Source: the human T2T-CHM13v2.0 reference genome, Homo sapiens | DNA length: 64,000 nucleotides | NCBI RefSeq assembly: GCF_009914755.1 | Contig: NC_060942.1 | Direction: 5' to 3' (one strand) | Shown: positions 23,611 to 36,759 of the stretch, one piece after another | Layout of the letters: every line of letters begins with the position of its first letter | Numbering within the stretch: the stretch's first letter is position 1 | Notes under the pieces: model-generated | Seen by the model: the letters and a program-made list of their open reading frames with translations, nothing else | What the model was told of the DNA's origin: nothing | Databases searched by the model: none | Position numbers and translations under genes: made by a program

Positions 23611-25972
23611 TGAGGGGACTTCAAAAAGGTCATGGGAAAATAGAATTAAAAGAGTGAAAGGTATACACTTTATTTCTCAACATAAGCTCCATCAAGCTCA
23701 AGATGCTTTTGTAAGCAATGATACCAGACATTTGGTCCATCCCTAAAGAACTGAGGGTTCTGGAAATTTAATCATGTCACTGCAGTCTTTTTTACATGAT
23801 TAACTGAAGAAAACTGGATGTCTTTTAAAGGGAATTTTTAAAGATTAGGAAACAAAAAGAAGTCAGGCAGAGACAAATCAGGACTGTATAATGGATGCCT
23901 AATGATTTCTCCTTGAAAATCTCACAAAATTGACCTTGTTTGATGAGAGGAATGGGCAGAAGCATTGTCATGTTGGAGAAGAACTCTCTGATGAAACTCT
24001 CCTGGGTGTTTTTCTGCTAAAGCTTCAGCAAACTTTCTCAAGACACTCTTATAATAGCAACTGTTATTTTTATTTGACCCTCAAGAAAGTGTTGCCATGA
24101 CCTTCGCTCTTTTTTATTTATGTATTTATTTATTTAATTTATTTATTTTTTATTGATCATTCTTGGGTGTTTCTCACAGAGGGGGATTTGGCATGGTCAT
24201 AGGACAATAGTGGAGGGAAGGTCAGCAGATAAACAAGTGAACAAAGGTCTCTGGTTTTCCTAGGCAGAGGACCCTGCGGCCTTCCGCAGTGTTTGTGTCC
24301 CTGGGTACTTGAGATTAGGGAATGGTGACGACTCTTAACGAGCATGCTGCCTTCAAGCATCTGTTTAACAAAGCACATCTTGCACCGCCCTTAATCCATT
24401 TAACCCTGAGTGGACACAGCACATGTTTCAGAGAGCACAGGGTTGGGGGTAAGGTCACAGATCAACAGGATCCCAAGGCAGAAGAATTTTTCTTAGTATA
24501 GAACAAAATGAAAAGTCTCCCATGTCTACTTCTTTCTACACAGACACGGCAATCATCCAATTTCTCAATCTTTTCCCCACCTTTCCCCCCTTTCTATTCC
24601 ACAAAGCCGCGATTGTCATCCTGGCCCGTTCTCAATGAGCTGTTGGGCACACCTCCCAGATGGGGTGGTGGCCGGGCAGAGGGGCTCCTCACTTCCCAGT
24701 AGGGGCGGCCGGGCAGAGGCGCCCCTTACCTTCCGCCCCGTCTGGGATGTGAGGAGCGCCTCTGCCCGGCCGCGACCCCGTCTGGGAGGTGAGGAGCGTC
24801 TCTGCCCGGCCACCCCATCTGACAAGTGAGGAGCCCCTCCGCCCAGCAGCTGCCCCGTCTGAGAAGTGAGGAGCCCCTCCACCCGGCAGCCGCCCCGTCT
24901 GGGAAGTGAGGAGCCTCTCCGCCCGGCAGCCACCCCGTCCGGGAGATGAGGGGCGCCTCTGCCCGGCCGCCCATACTGGGAAGTGAGGAGCCCCTCTTTC
25001 CGGCCCGCCACCCTGTCCGGGAGAGAGGTGGGGGGGTCAGCCCCCCGCCCGGCCAGCCGCCCCATCCGGGAGGGAAGTGGGGGGGTCACCCCCCCGCCCG
25101 GCCAGCCGCCCCGTCCGGGAGGGAGGTGGGGGGGTCAGCCCCCCGCCCAGCCAGCCGCCCCGTCCGGGAGGGAGGTGGGGGAGTCAGCCCCCCGCCCGAC
25201 CTTCGCTCTTGATGGTCCATTTTGCTTTGACTGGGCCACTTCCCCCTCTTGGTAGCTATTGGATTGACTGTGTGCTATCTTCAGGATTATACTGGTAAAA
25301 CCATGTTCCATCTCCTGTTATGATTCTTCAAAGAAATTCTTGAAGATCTTGATCCCACTTGCTTAAAATTTCCATCGAAAGCCCTGCTGTTGTTTGTAGC
25401 TCATCTGGGAACAACGGCTTTGGCATCCGTCACATGGAAAGTTTGCTCAACTTTAATCTTTCAGTCAGAATTGTGTAAGCTGAACTAGTTGAGATGTCTC
25501 TACAGTGTTCCCTAGTGTTTCTGCTGTTGATCTTTGGTCCTCTTCAATTAGGGCATAAACAAGTTGAAATTTTTTCCTCGCAAATAGATGTGGATGGTCT
25601 GCCACTGTGGACTTCATCTTCAGCATGGTCTCATCCCTTCTTAAAACGAGTTATCAATTTGTAAACTGCTGATTTCTTAGGGACATTGTCCACATAAAGT
25701 TTGTGTAAAGCATCTAATATTTCACTGTTCTAGCCACCCAGCTTAACAATCAATTTTTGTTTGTTCTTGCTTCAGTGTTTGCAAAATTTGTGTTGCTCTG
25801 ATAGGGCTCTTTTCTAGCTGATGTCTAATTCTTTTTAGTGCCTCAATCTAGATGTTGTTCAGATATGTTAAAATAAGTCTCTACAAGTTTATTTTGGTGT
25901 AAACATTTCTGAAATACATGTATAGTTTTTTTCAGAATGCACATTTTTCATAAACTTTTTGAAGACCCTTCA
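23611..25972 (-). mobile_element. Full-length HSMAR2 mariner DNA transposon (dead transposase), split by SVA
   Basis: TIRs tgaggggacttcaaaaaggtcatgggaaaat and atttttcataaactttttgaagacccttca. TA duplication at 23609-10 and 25973-74. Minus-strand mariner motifs TGDGTW (~25300-25320), HDNA (~23961-23972) and YSPDL (~23875-23890). Confidence 0.93.
24112..25197 (-). mobile_element. SVA (D-F-like), 5'-truncated with inverted VNTR segment
   Basis: Poly(T) tail, then reverse SINE-R (tgatcattcttgggtgtttctc...ctcaatgagctgttgggcacacctcccag), reverse VNTR to ~24730, and forward VNTR ~24731-25197. Perfect 13-bp TSD gaccttcgctctt at 24099-24111 and 25198-25210. Confidence 0.96.
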
Positions 25973-26223
25973 TATTCAAGGGACTGAATTTAATGTTTGT
26001 GCATGAAATTGATTCTGTGTAAAGTGGAAAACAGACATGCATGTGAAATACAAAGGCAAAACAAATTGGCTCTATAAATTATAGGTCTAGGTGAAAAGAA
26101 AATTATTAAATTTGGAGTATATGAGGAAATAAGCAGGAAAGTGAGCAGATATGGCCAGAGTTTAGTATGCTTAAAATTGACATTACAGAGAGCTTATACT
26201 TACTGGTAATGATAAGTTCAAGA

Positions 26224-26462
26224 GCAGCGTTTCTCAACCCTAGAACTATGTACATTGTGGAATGCATAATTCTTTGTGTGTGTCTATGAGTGTGTTTGTG
26301 TGGGGCTATCTTGTGCAATGAATGATATATCCCTGCATCTGGGTCTTCTCACTAGATGTCAGTAACAATCCTCCTCCCTCCCCAGTTGTGACAACAAAAA
26401 TGTCTCCAGATGTGGGCACATATTTCCTGCAGAGGCAACATTTCTTTACATTAAGAATCATT
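26224..26462. mobile_element. MER20 (hAT-Charlie MITE)
   Basis: cagcgtttctcaaccctagaactatgtacattgtgg...ccccagttgtgacaacaaaaatgtctccaga...ttaagaatcatt. Confidence 0.8.
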
Positions 26463-27875
26463 TGGTCTAGAATATGCCCATGGGAGTGAGTGCAGAGGTA
26501 AAGGGCAAAGTCACAAAGGATATGGTGTTAAGAGATTTGGAACAATCACCTACAGGTATTCGAAATTACTAAGATTTAATAAATCAATGGTTTGGGAGAA
26601 AGTTACAATGAAAAGGAGCCAAATTCACATATAAATGATAGGGAAGTAATTTGGACTTTATAGATATGGCATTAAAAATGGATAGTGAGTGATACAGTAT
26701 GAACAGTGAGATGATATGAAAATTTTCAAATGGGAGTTTTAGGGACAAGGAAGAGAAAATAGTCAGGAAGTGGAAGTGAGGACTAAGGAAGATAATTATC
26801 CAAAGGCCTTACCAGTGAAGGAAAAGTAGCTACAGCCTGAGACTGCAAGGGAAGTGGGGTTCTCAAGAGAGATCCTAGTTTGAATTAGAACAATAAGGTT
26901 AAGTAAATGCCCAAAGTTGATAATATAGGAAATTTAGTTGTTCATGGTCCATGAATATGTTATCAGAAGGTAAGGCAGATGGGTTTCATGAGTTACGATG
27001 AGACAAAGGAGGGAGTAGAATATGAGCCGTATTTATTTAAGGAGTTCAAGTCTTCTTTTGGTCAGCCATATTAACAGAGGATGGGGAAGAAAGAAGTCCT
27101 GGTAAACTCAAGACAGTCAGTGGTTTCAAGGCTCTCAATGTCAGGAATATAGGAGGATGGGTCCAATACAGAGGGTCTAGGAAATGCTGTAGACCCTGAA
27201 AATGGACTCTTCCAGACCTGAAAAATAAAGGTGGGGAGTTTTATCTGCAGTGCTTGGAACTCTATCTTGCCTTATCTCTGGGAAAAGTAAGACCCTGTGG
27301 AAGTATGGTCATATATCAAGTGAACAAGAATCACTCCTCCCTCTTGAGCCTTCTCCATGGGCAGTAGCAAAAATAGAGAAGCTAGATCTTACTATGAGTG
27401 CTATTTATCCTGATTCCTATAACAGAAGCAAGAGGGTCTAGGAAGACTGAATCTTATCCTAAAGTTAATCACTCATCAGGATTAGTAGTCTTGAGCTGGC
27501 CACTATCAATGTAGGAAGCAAGAGGAAATCAATGTAGTGTGGTAGAAAAGAAGTAGAGCATTTGCTTGGACTGCGATTGATAAGATAATGGAATATATAC
27601 ATATGTTGGAGAGAGTTACAAATATTCAATTAAGGGATAGTATATAATGGATAAAAGAATACAAATTAAGTTTTGTCTTCATATAACTCTCAATCTGAAA
27701 ATGAGAAAAGGTTGCTGTTAATGAGTGAATTAGGAAAACAACTAAAGAAACATGATAGTTTAAATTAATCTACTGAATATATGCCTGTTCAGGGATGAAA
27801 GAGGAGAGAGAAATGGTACTGATCAGGTTAGATGAGCATGTCTGGCCTAAGATAGCTGTTGAGTACATGAGGGAG

Positions 27876-27925
27876 GTGTGTGTGTGTGCACATTTGTGCA
27901 CGTCTGTGTGTGTGTGTGTGTGTGC
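27876..27925. repeat. Interrupted (TG)n microsatellite
   Basis: Direct reading. Confidence 0.9.
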
Positions 27926-30900
27926 ATGAGTGTATTTATATGCAGATATGTGTATAATATAGGTACATTTATATAGAGACATAGATCATAGACATATGTT
28001 CAAAGAACATATATATGCATATATTATATACAGAATAGAAAATGCAAATTTCAAGAAGTATCGAAGTTCTTTCTACATGGGTGAAAATGTTTCATTTCTG
28101 CAGTGAACTTAAGAATAAATAAATTAATTGCTTTCTAAATTATTCATAGGATTGGACTGGCATTTCTAGTGTTTCTTTGTGACTCCATGCCAGACTTGTA
28201 CCATGAGGTCGCAATTGTTTGCATACTCGACATTTCCTCAGAACTCAAACATAATATGGGATTAGAAGAACATGAGAAAAAATGACAGCCTTACTATTAT
28301 TTAACAGTTTGTTTATTTGCTTTAGTCCCAAACTTCTTGTGTCACAAATTCTGCAATGTATCTGAGGAGTCATTCCCACATTAATTCATATCACATCCAA
28401 TATAAACCAAAGTTAGCTTATCTGGCTAACTTTTTCCATAACCAATGTCTTTATTATCAGTTGACTCCTTTTAAAATAACTATTGGGGACATTTTTATTA
28501 AGAAGCATGTTGTGGGATTTAGGTAAATGCGACTGAGTTTACATTGTGTTTGAAGAGGCACCTTGACATTTAATGACACTACATAGACTGGAATTGTCCA
28601 AGATTTTACTCTTAAACTTACATATTTTTACAGAATACACAAGAGTGTATTACTATCAATAATTAAATAATATGTCAAGACAAACAAAAAGACTAAATTT
28701 AGCATACTATTGTCTTTCAAACTAGGTTACATTCTAGAGCATATGGATATCCATGTCCAAGTCATTATTTACAACACATCTCCATAACCATTACCTTTCT
28801 TTCCTGTCTACAGCTCATCATTTAAAAGATCCTAAGAATATGTACCACCCCCTTAGGTCTATAGATACATTTCCCTTGGCACATTATGTATAGTAAAATA
28901 ATATTACTGACGATTGCTTCTTCTAATACCAGGGTAAATTCCAGTGTTTTTTTTTTTATTTTTCTCTCTCTAGTTACCTGATTTTTGAATTATTCAATTA
29001 ATTTATGATGGGTTATTGAATTGCTGGTTCTGATACTTTTTAATGTGATTTTTTTAAATGACAGGGCAGGGGCCTCAATAATTAGTTTTATACTGCTGCT
29101 TTTCTTCAATAATCAGAGTTGAAGGGGAAGTACACACTTACATATTATGTGTATTATATTTGCCATCTGAGATTCAGACACTATTTTCTCCCAGTCGGGG
29201 GAGGGAATTTTTTTTTTAATACAAAACCATTCCTTTTATTTTGGGCTGCCTAATTATGAGAAGCCTGGGGTGCTTGGGAATATTTTGCTGAATAGCTGGT
29301 CCCAAACTATCATAAAACTACTAAATCCTAAGCTTTTAAGTTTTGAGATTTAGAAAGATCCCACCTGTATTAGAAGGTAAATTAAACACAAAAAAAAAGC
29401 CTCTTGATAGAAAAGATTTTTAATGGAATCGTCTTGCTACTTCTTGAAAAACACAAAGATCTTTAAGAAAAATCGTTCTTTTCCAGGGCTTCTCTATTAT
29501 CACCCTGGAGAGTTCCATATTTTTCACTACTTGGGGTTAAAGTAGTATAGCTACATGTGGAAATGGAGGAGGTAATTAAATTAAAATTCCTGGAGGAAGT
29601 AATCATTAAAAGCTTAATTCAAATTTTGTCAATTAATTGCTTTATTCATGGCCTTATAAAATGAAATGTAATGTGAAAATAGGCAAATCTAAGAAAAGTC
29701 TTGGTAATAGAGTACTTGCAGCCTGCAGAGTTCAACACTCACAGTGTTACTTGAAGCAAGGTCAGTTTAACTGAAATGGGAAAATTGTGGGTGAACGGAG
29801 GAACATACACTGAAGAATAAAAGAGAAGTTAATTACAAGGGAATGAGCAAGAGCGAAGTCAACATACTTAACAAATTTAGATTTTCACCAATAAAGAATC
29901 CAGAATGCATGCACCGGCGTGGGTGGGGTGGGGTTCTTTGACTGACAATGTTTGAGGGAGTCTTAGAGCCCCTGGGGACATAGAGATACTCAGCTATCAG
30001 TTTGGTGAAACAGAATATTTCATTTTCTGCTTACTTGGCCATGCCAGAACTCAGAGCCATCCTGAGCTTTTCTGTTGTGTCCCCTTAGGGAGAACAACAC
30101 AGGAAAACTATTCTTTTTTTTTTTTTTTCTCTCTCTCTCCTTAAAAGAAAATAAAATGAATAGAGAAATAGATGCACATGAACATCCCTAGATACTTAAG
30201 GTTCTACTGGTTTCCTTCTGAATGAATTCTTTCTGTGTATCATTTCTGCTGTCCTTTACTCCCAAAACATAATGTCATACTTCACACATCAGGCTTTTCC
30301 TTCAGCGTGACAAGCTGTCTTCTTCCCCAAATCTGAGTGTCAATGCAGAGCATGTTACCAGATACATACCAGTCAGCCTTGCAACATTTATAGGGGCTTG
30401 TTTGTCAAAGTTCACAGCTTAGCAACATTTACTGCTACTCTAACTTTCTCTGCAATGTTATGGTTGTAATTATTTGGTGTTATTCTGGGAGTTAATTGCC
30501 AGGAAACAAAATTAAGGGAGCATGTCTGATCCTTTTCCTCCTCTGAGACTACTGAAAAAAGAATTGAAAAGAGGTGAGCCTTAATATCAGTCCAGCATGG
30601 ACCATTTCTCTTGTCATTGGTCTCATTGAAGGAGCTCACTTCAGGAAAGTCACAAAGAGGTCAGAAGATTTTAAACTGCCAGCTTCTATCTGCATTACAA
30701 CTTCCGAAGACTTTCAACAATTTGGTGTGGATATTCTGAAAATCTAGCTCTCTTCTCTATCATGAGATTGCAGAGTAAAGTCCTGGTTTTCATTGCACTA
30801 ATAGAGCAGATCTTAGAGAAATATTTGAATGAGGCATTTTAGTAGCCATTATATTTAAAAGCCACTATATCTTACATTTTTAGAAAAAAAAAGTTTTAAA

Positions 30901-32294
30901 TCATTTGAGATAATTGAATGACATCATTGACAAAATGTAATCAAAAGGTGATTCTGACTGCAGAAAGTGTGAAATACATTTTTGGATCGTTAATTCTGAA
31001 AGAGGATCACCTTAAACAGGATGTTAAGTTCAGAAGGGTTTATGTCATCACTAGTATATCCATCAACCTGGGGTTACTCAGGGTTTACTGAGAAATAGGA
31101 GAAAGTGCCATATCAGCTCATTTTCCCTTTTTAAGAGAGAGAATTGTTGTCTTTATTGTCTAACATAGGAATCCCATACAACTGCTTGGATCTGTTTTGT
31201 CTTGACCTCTACCTCAATTTCAATGACAGAGTGCCTCATAGAAGGCAGCTCACAGCAGAACTGTGCACTTGTCCAAGCACAGCTTCTTCTTCTTCTTTCT
31301 GCTGTGTGTCAGTCATGGCCTGGGCTTCTCTGAATAACCCAGTGTTCATTTCACATACCAACAATTAGAGAGGAAACTATTTGTCTTTATTGCTGAGGCT
31401 CCAACAGATGTTTTGTTAATAGTGGCAAAGCATCCTCATCCAAAGTATTGCTTTAAGATGGGAAAACACTGCCTGGTGCCAATTTGAATTGTTATAACTT
31501 TGAAAATGTTCACATTCTACTTTGAAGGGCAAACACACTTAAAATTAAAGACATCATTGTTTTATATGTTAATATCCTTTACTCACAATTGATTTTTAAA
31601 TGTTCCGCACATTCATAGAATTTGTACACATTAAAATATTAACTGCTGGCCAAAATTCTGCTAAGGTATGGTTAAAAAATATTGAATGCTTTTTGGGAAA
31701 CAACTATGTCTTTATGAAATAAATAGGACTTCAGGGCAGCCTTAAATTTCTTCAACTGGTAAATGCTTTTCCTCAGGCTATCACGTGAATTTTAGAAGGC
31801 ATGCTGTTTTCATGGAATTCACTACTTTGTTCAAGTTAATAAAAAAAACTCAAATATTACAATTTCTATGTATGGTTCTTCTCTTAAATTTTTAAGTTTT
31901 TTTTTTAACTATTTAATAATTAAGATCATCGTGTGGAAGGTACACATTCACCATATTCCTGATCAAGAAGGTAATTTTTCATTTTCAAATACCTGAAGCC
32001 GTCCTTTCTCTATCGGGTAAGAATGTAAGATGCAATATGAAGCTTTATGACTTTAGTCCAAAACATTTTTATTCATTCATCAATAATCCTCAATCAACTT
32101 TTATTTTACCTTGTTAAATACATATTTAGTACTAATAAGAATGATAAGCCAACTTACATCAGCTCACCACACCCATGAATCTAGTGGCAACTTTTGACCA
32201 CCTTCATGAGGCAGAAGCTTGGCCAGGGAGAGAGAGGTAGGCCAAAGACAGAAATTTCTCTCTGAGATTTCTCTCTTCTCTCTCATGCATCAGC

Positions 32295-32505
32295 ATAGAC
32301 TTGGCGTTTAGTAGATCCACATTCTAGGTTGTGGCTCAGGTTATGATCTAATGTGATATATCAGATCACTCAATTTCTCTAAGATGAACTTTCCTAATAT
32401 ATAAAATGTTAATAATCTCAGATTTTTGAGAAAGATTTAAAAAGTTAATCTCTAAAAGTGATTTCCAAGCTCTAAATGGTTATATAAATATTAGTTATTA
32501 TTATT
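32295..32505 (+). mobile_element. MIR
   Basis: Degenerate core 'cagatcactcaatttctctaagatgaactttcctaatatataaaatgttaataat', ending ataaatattagttattatta. Confidence 0.55.
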
Positions 32506-33049
32506 TCTCCTGGGCCTACGATTACTTATTACTACTATGGAAAAGAGTGTCCTAACTTCGGTTTTCCTTACTATAGCCTGTGTGACTTCTATTCCAGTTG
32601 TTCAGTTTCTAAGAATAGACTGCTCTTTTGTGTGCTCCTGAGTTATCATAATAAAATATCTAGTATCCCCCATGTAATAACCCCTATTTCACAGCATGGC
32701 TTGCCTAGAATAATTCCTATGTAGGAATACGACTCTTTAACTAGATTATATGACAGTATGTGTCAACAATGCAGGGATGATGCTGAGAAGATAAAGATTC
32801 TTTAATCACTTGAGTTTTACATATACATACGCTTATTTCCTTAATTCCTGGGGAATCTTGCCAAGTAATTAGTAGCCATGCATTATACAAGAAAATATTT
32901 CATATATTTGTATTAATATCGACTAGGATGTGATTTACTTTGGATAAAAGTATATTAAAGTGTATGAGATTGAAAGTATACAGTAGAGACAGAAGCATTC
33001 ACAAGGTAAGTTTAAGGGGGATGGCAATCAAATTGTGGTCAAAGTTTAC

Positions 33050-33805
33050 TTTATAGCAAATTACTAGAGACAAGGATAGACATAAAATAATCATAACTGA
33101 TTATTCCACTGGGAATATGTAATAATGTCAAATGTGCATGTAAAACAAAAATCACAGAGAACCTAGAAATAGACCCACGCAAGTATGGCCAAATGAATTT
33201 TGACAAAAGTTTAAAAGCTATTCAATGTATGAATAAATCAATAAACAGTGCTTAACTAATTGGATATCCACAGGCAAAACATGAAACTCAACCTAAATGT
33301 TAACATGAAATGGATCATGACATATCTGCAGAACATATGACTATAAAATTTAGTTAAAATATACGTGAAAATGTTCAAGATCTAGGGCTAAACAAAGAGT
33401 TCTAGACCTGACACCAAAACTACAACCCCCAAAAGGAAAAAAAAAAAAAAACATAAATTAAACCTCATGAAAATTAAAAACTTCCCTCTCAAAAAGATCC
33501 CATGAAGAGGATAAATACACAAACTACAATGACAACACATATCAAGCAAAGTGTTTGTTTCTAGGATATATAAAGATCTCAAAACTCGAAAAAAAAACCA
33601 ATTTATTTAGAAAATGGTTAAACATGATGAACAGACATTTCACTTATAAGAATATACAAATGGTAAATAAGTACATGAAAAGATGCTCAACATTATTAGC
33701 CATTAAGGAAATGCAAATTAAACCACAATGAGATACCCTTACATTCATATTGGAATGGCTTAAATGAAAAATAGCAACAACACCAAATGCTGGTAAGGAT
33801 GCAGA
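33050..33805 (+). mobile_element. Old L1M ORF2/3' fragments
   Basis: agaacctagaaatagacccacgcaagtatggccaaatgaattttgacaaa and aaagatgctcaacattattagccattaaggaaatgcaaattaaaccacaatgagatacc. Confidence 0.8.
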
Positions 33806-35738
33806 GATGCCTGTAGATGGTTGGGAGCATGGAAAGTCCACTGCTGAGTAGATTTTGTAATGAAATGCTCACCATTATCACAGGGTTAATCCAAACACGT
33901 GACAGACTGGTTTCAAGGACCACAACGGTATGAATGGTGTGGTTGGAGTCAGGTGATCAGATTGACTGGCACACCGTAACACGCAGACGTTGTTAACTCT
34001 GTTGAGACACTGCTGATCATATTGAGAGGAGTCTAAAGTGTGAAGCAATCAGTCCTTTAGGATCAAGCAAGGGCACTACCCCAGGTAATGGCCTCCCTCT
34101 GTATGAGACTACAGGTCAACTCTAGCCAAAGTCTTGAGTCTGGCATGCAGTGGTGATCTGTGCATCAGAAACAGAGTCTATGTAGAAGATGTTCTCCTAC
34201 GCTGAGGCAAAAAGGATGGTGCTTTGTATGATACAGGCTCAAACAGCAGCTTGACTTCACTTAGTTTCATCAGATAACAGACACTTAACTTGGGCATTTG
34301 CATGAAGAATCCAGATGGTTTGATCAGTAGCTGTGATTGGTTTCTGCAGTTCATGGCCTCAAAGAGCGGAGTATTAATCTGCCACAGTCTGTAGTTTTCC
34401 AAGTTGGCAGGCTAAACACTAGGCTATTGGCAACAACCCAAGCTTCAGTTGAATTTTAACCAGTTTCCTCAAGGTGCTCACAGGCCAGAACTGTGAAGAT
34501 AGCTGTGAGTTCTGTCCACAGAGCAGAGTGATCTCAACATTTTCTGTTCCACACAGCTGTGCTAAGGTGGAGCAGATGTGGAGGCCCAGTGGATTTCATC
34601 AGTTTCCAGCTTAGCCAAACCATCATTGAACCAGGCCCAGTCATTTAGAGGAACATCAGTGAATCAAGGACCTCAGGGGCCCAGCACCTTTTTTATAAGG
34701 TATTTGTGTAGGATATGAAGTTTCTTCCAAAGTTATTATTACTACTCTTCAAGTAAAATGAAGATATAGGGGCCAAGGCAAGCCAGCTGCATTCTTGACT
34801 ATAACATTTCCATTTGAAAAATAAGTCTTTTTGGGTCCTTCCCATCTTGTTAGTCTTTAAGTCCAAGTTAACCAACATCAAAGTGAGGCATTCCATTTCA
34901 ACAATAACCCAGTGGCAAGCTAATAACTGTATTTCTGGCACTGCTGTCATGGAGGCCATGATGCCAAAATCCCAAGGGTGGCCTCTACATTAAGGCTGCC
35001 TCCCTTTGACAAAGGCCCAACTGGCAAAGTCATCGGTCATAGAAACTCAAAACCTAAAAATATCATTCATACATAAGGGGTGCAAAAATAGGGACTATGT
35101 CAGTTTGCTGGATAGCTTCCATGCAGACTGTCAGTTTGTGTCCCACACAAAGGAAACTGATTTAAGGATTGTCCAACATAAAAGACCAATGCCAGCGTCA
35201 AACTTAAGCACATATTTCTAATATCTCGAGTTCGAAATGGTGCAAGGCCTCCTTTTTGGTGGTGGGTGCTGAGAAGACAGCAGTTTTTTCTTGATTGCCA
35301 GGGCAGTTAAGTAGTTTGAATCCATTAACATCATCCCAAGACAATGAGGTTGTCAGGAAGAAATCTGAACTTTCTCTGGGTTTATTAGCAGCCCTTGCAG
35401 GTGATAGTGAGGGATAACATTGCAGTAAGGGCTATTGAGACTGAAAAAATACTGACTTGCCAACCAGCAAGAAGTCATGTATGTAGTGAGAGCTTTAAAC
35501 CTCAGAGGGTAGAGGCACTCATGCTAAATCATGACCAAATATTGATTGCAAGCGAAAGTGGGATTTACAGAAATGAGTTATGTATCACTTTTTTTCTGTG
35601 CTTTCCAGGTCTGGAGAATCCTTCTGGTATTGATGTGCTGGGGAAGTATATGCACATGACATCAATTCCAGTTACCCTTTTAGAGGCGGAAACAACATTA
35701 CATTTACTTCATCCAAAGGATCCTGCCCACAAAGTCAT

Positions 35739-36124
35739 TGATGTGGTTTGGATTTGTGTACCCACCCAAATCTCATGTTGAATTGTAATCTGCAGTGTTG
35801 AAGGAGGGGCCTGATGGGAGGTAAATGGATCTAGTGGGTAGATTTTCCCCTCACTGTTCTCATGATAGCGAGTGAGCTTTCATGAGAGCTGGTTGTTTAA
35901 AGGAGTGTGGCACCTCCCCCTTTGCTCTCTTCCTCCTTCTCCAGCCAGGTAGGGCATGCCTGCTTCCCCTTCAACTTTCACCATGATTTTAAGTTTCCTG
36001 AAGTGACTCCTCAGCCATTCTTGCTGTGCAGGCTGCCGAGCAGTGAGTTAATTAAACCACTTAACTTCATAAATTACCCAGCCTCAGGTAGTTCTTTGTA
36101 GCAATGCAAGAAAGAATTAATACA
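35739..36124 (+). mobile_element. MSTA/MSTB solo LTR nested in the ERVL internal region
   Basis: tgatgtggtttggatttgtgtacccacccaaatctcatgttgaattgtaat...ttaataca. Perfect 5-bp TSD gtcat. Confidence 0.9.
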
Positions 36125-36410
36125 GTCATATTACCTTGTCTTCTCCACTGGGCTCAAAGAGCATTAACTGAATCTGGGTGCATATTTTCCCCTGGTCTGG
36201 AGAAAAATGTGCTTTGGGCACACATATCCCTTAGAGCCAAAAAAAGTTTAATTTTCTTCCCCCATTCATATTCTCCATCTCACTTTGAACAGTGTGTCTG
36301 GTCTTCATTCCCTCCCCATGTTAATAGAGAGTTAGGTTCCTTCTTTAATCATCTTTACTTTCCTTACAACAGCTGATTTTGGGGTAGAGGGTTTAGGAAA
36401 GACTGGTGTC

Positions 36411-36759
36411 TGATATTGCTTGGCTCTGTGCCCCCACCCAAATCTCTTCTTTTAGCTCCCATAATTCCCACGTGGGAGGGACCCGGTGGGAGGTGATTGA
36501 ATCATGGGGGTGGGTCTTTCTCGTGCTGTTCTTGCTGGTCTCATGAAATCTGATGGCTAAAAATGGGAATTTCTCTGCACAAGCCCTCTTTTTGCCGGCT
36601 GTTATCCACGTAAGATGTGACTTTCCCTTCCTTGCCTTCCACCATGATTGTGAGGCTTCCCAGTCACATGGAACTGTAAGTTCAATTAAACCTCTTTCTT
36701 TTGTAAATTTCCCAGTCTTGGGTACGTCTTTATCCACAGCGTGGAAACAGACTAATACA
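36411..36759 (+). mobile_element. THE1A/B solo LTR nested in the ERVL internal region
   Basis: tgatattgcttggctctgtgcccccacccaaatctc...cagactaataca. Perfect 5-bp TSD gtgtc. Confidence 0.9.

Noticed and set aside
24616-25298. Overlapping Pro/Gly/Arg-rich ORFs and CpG-island-like composition
   Set aside because: Explained by the SVA VNTR. Not a gene or a promoter CpG island.
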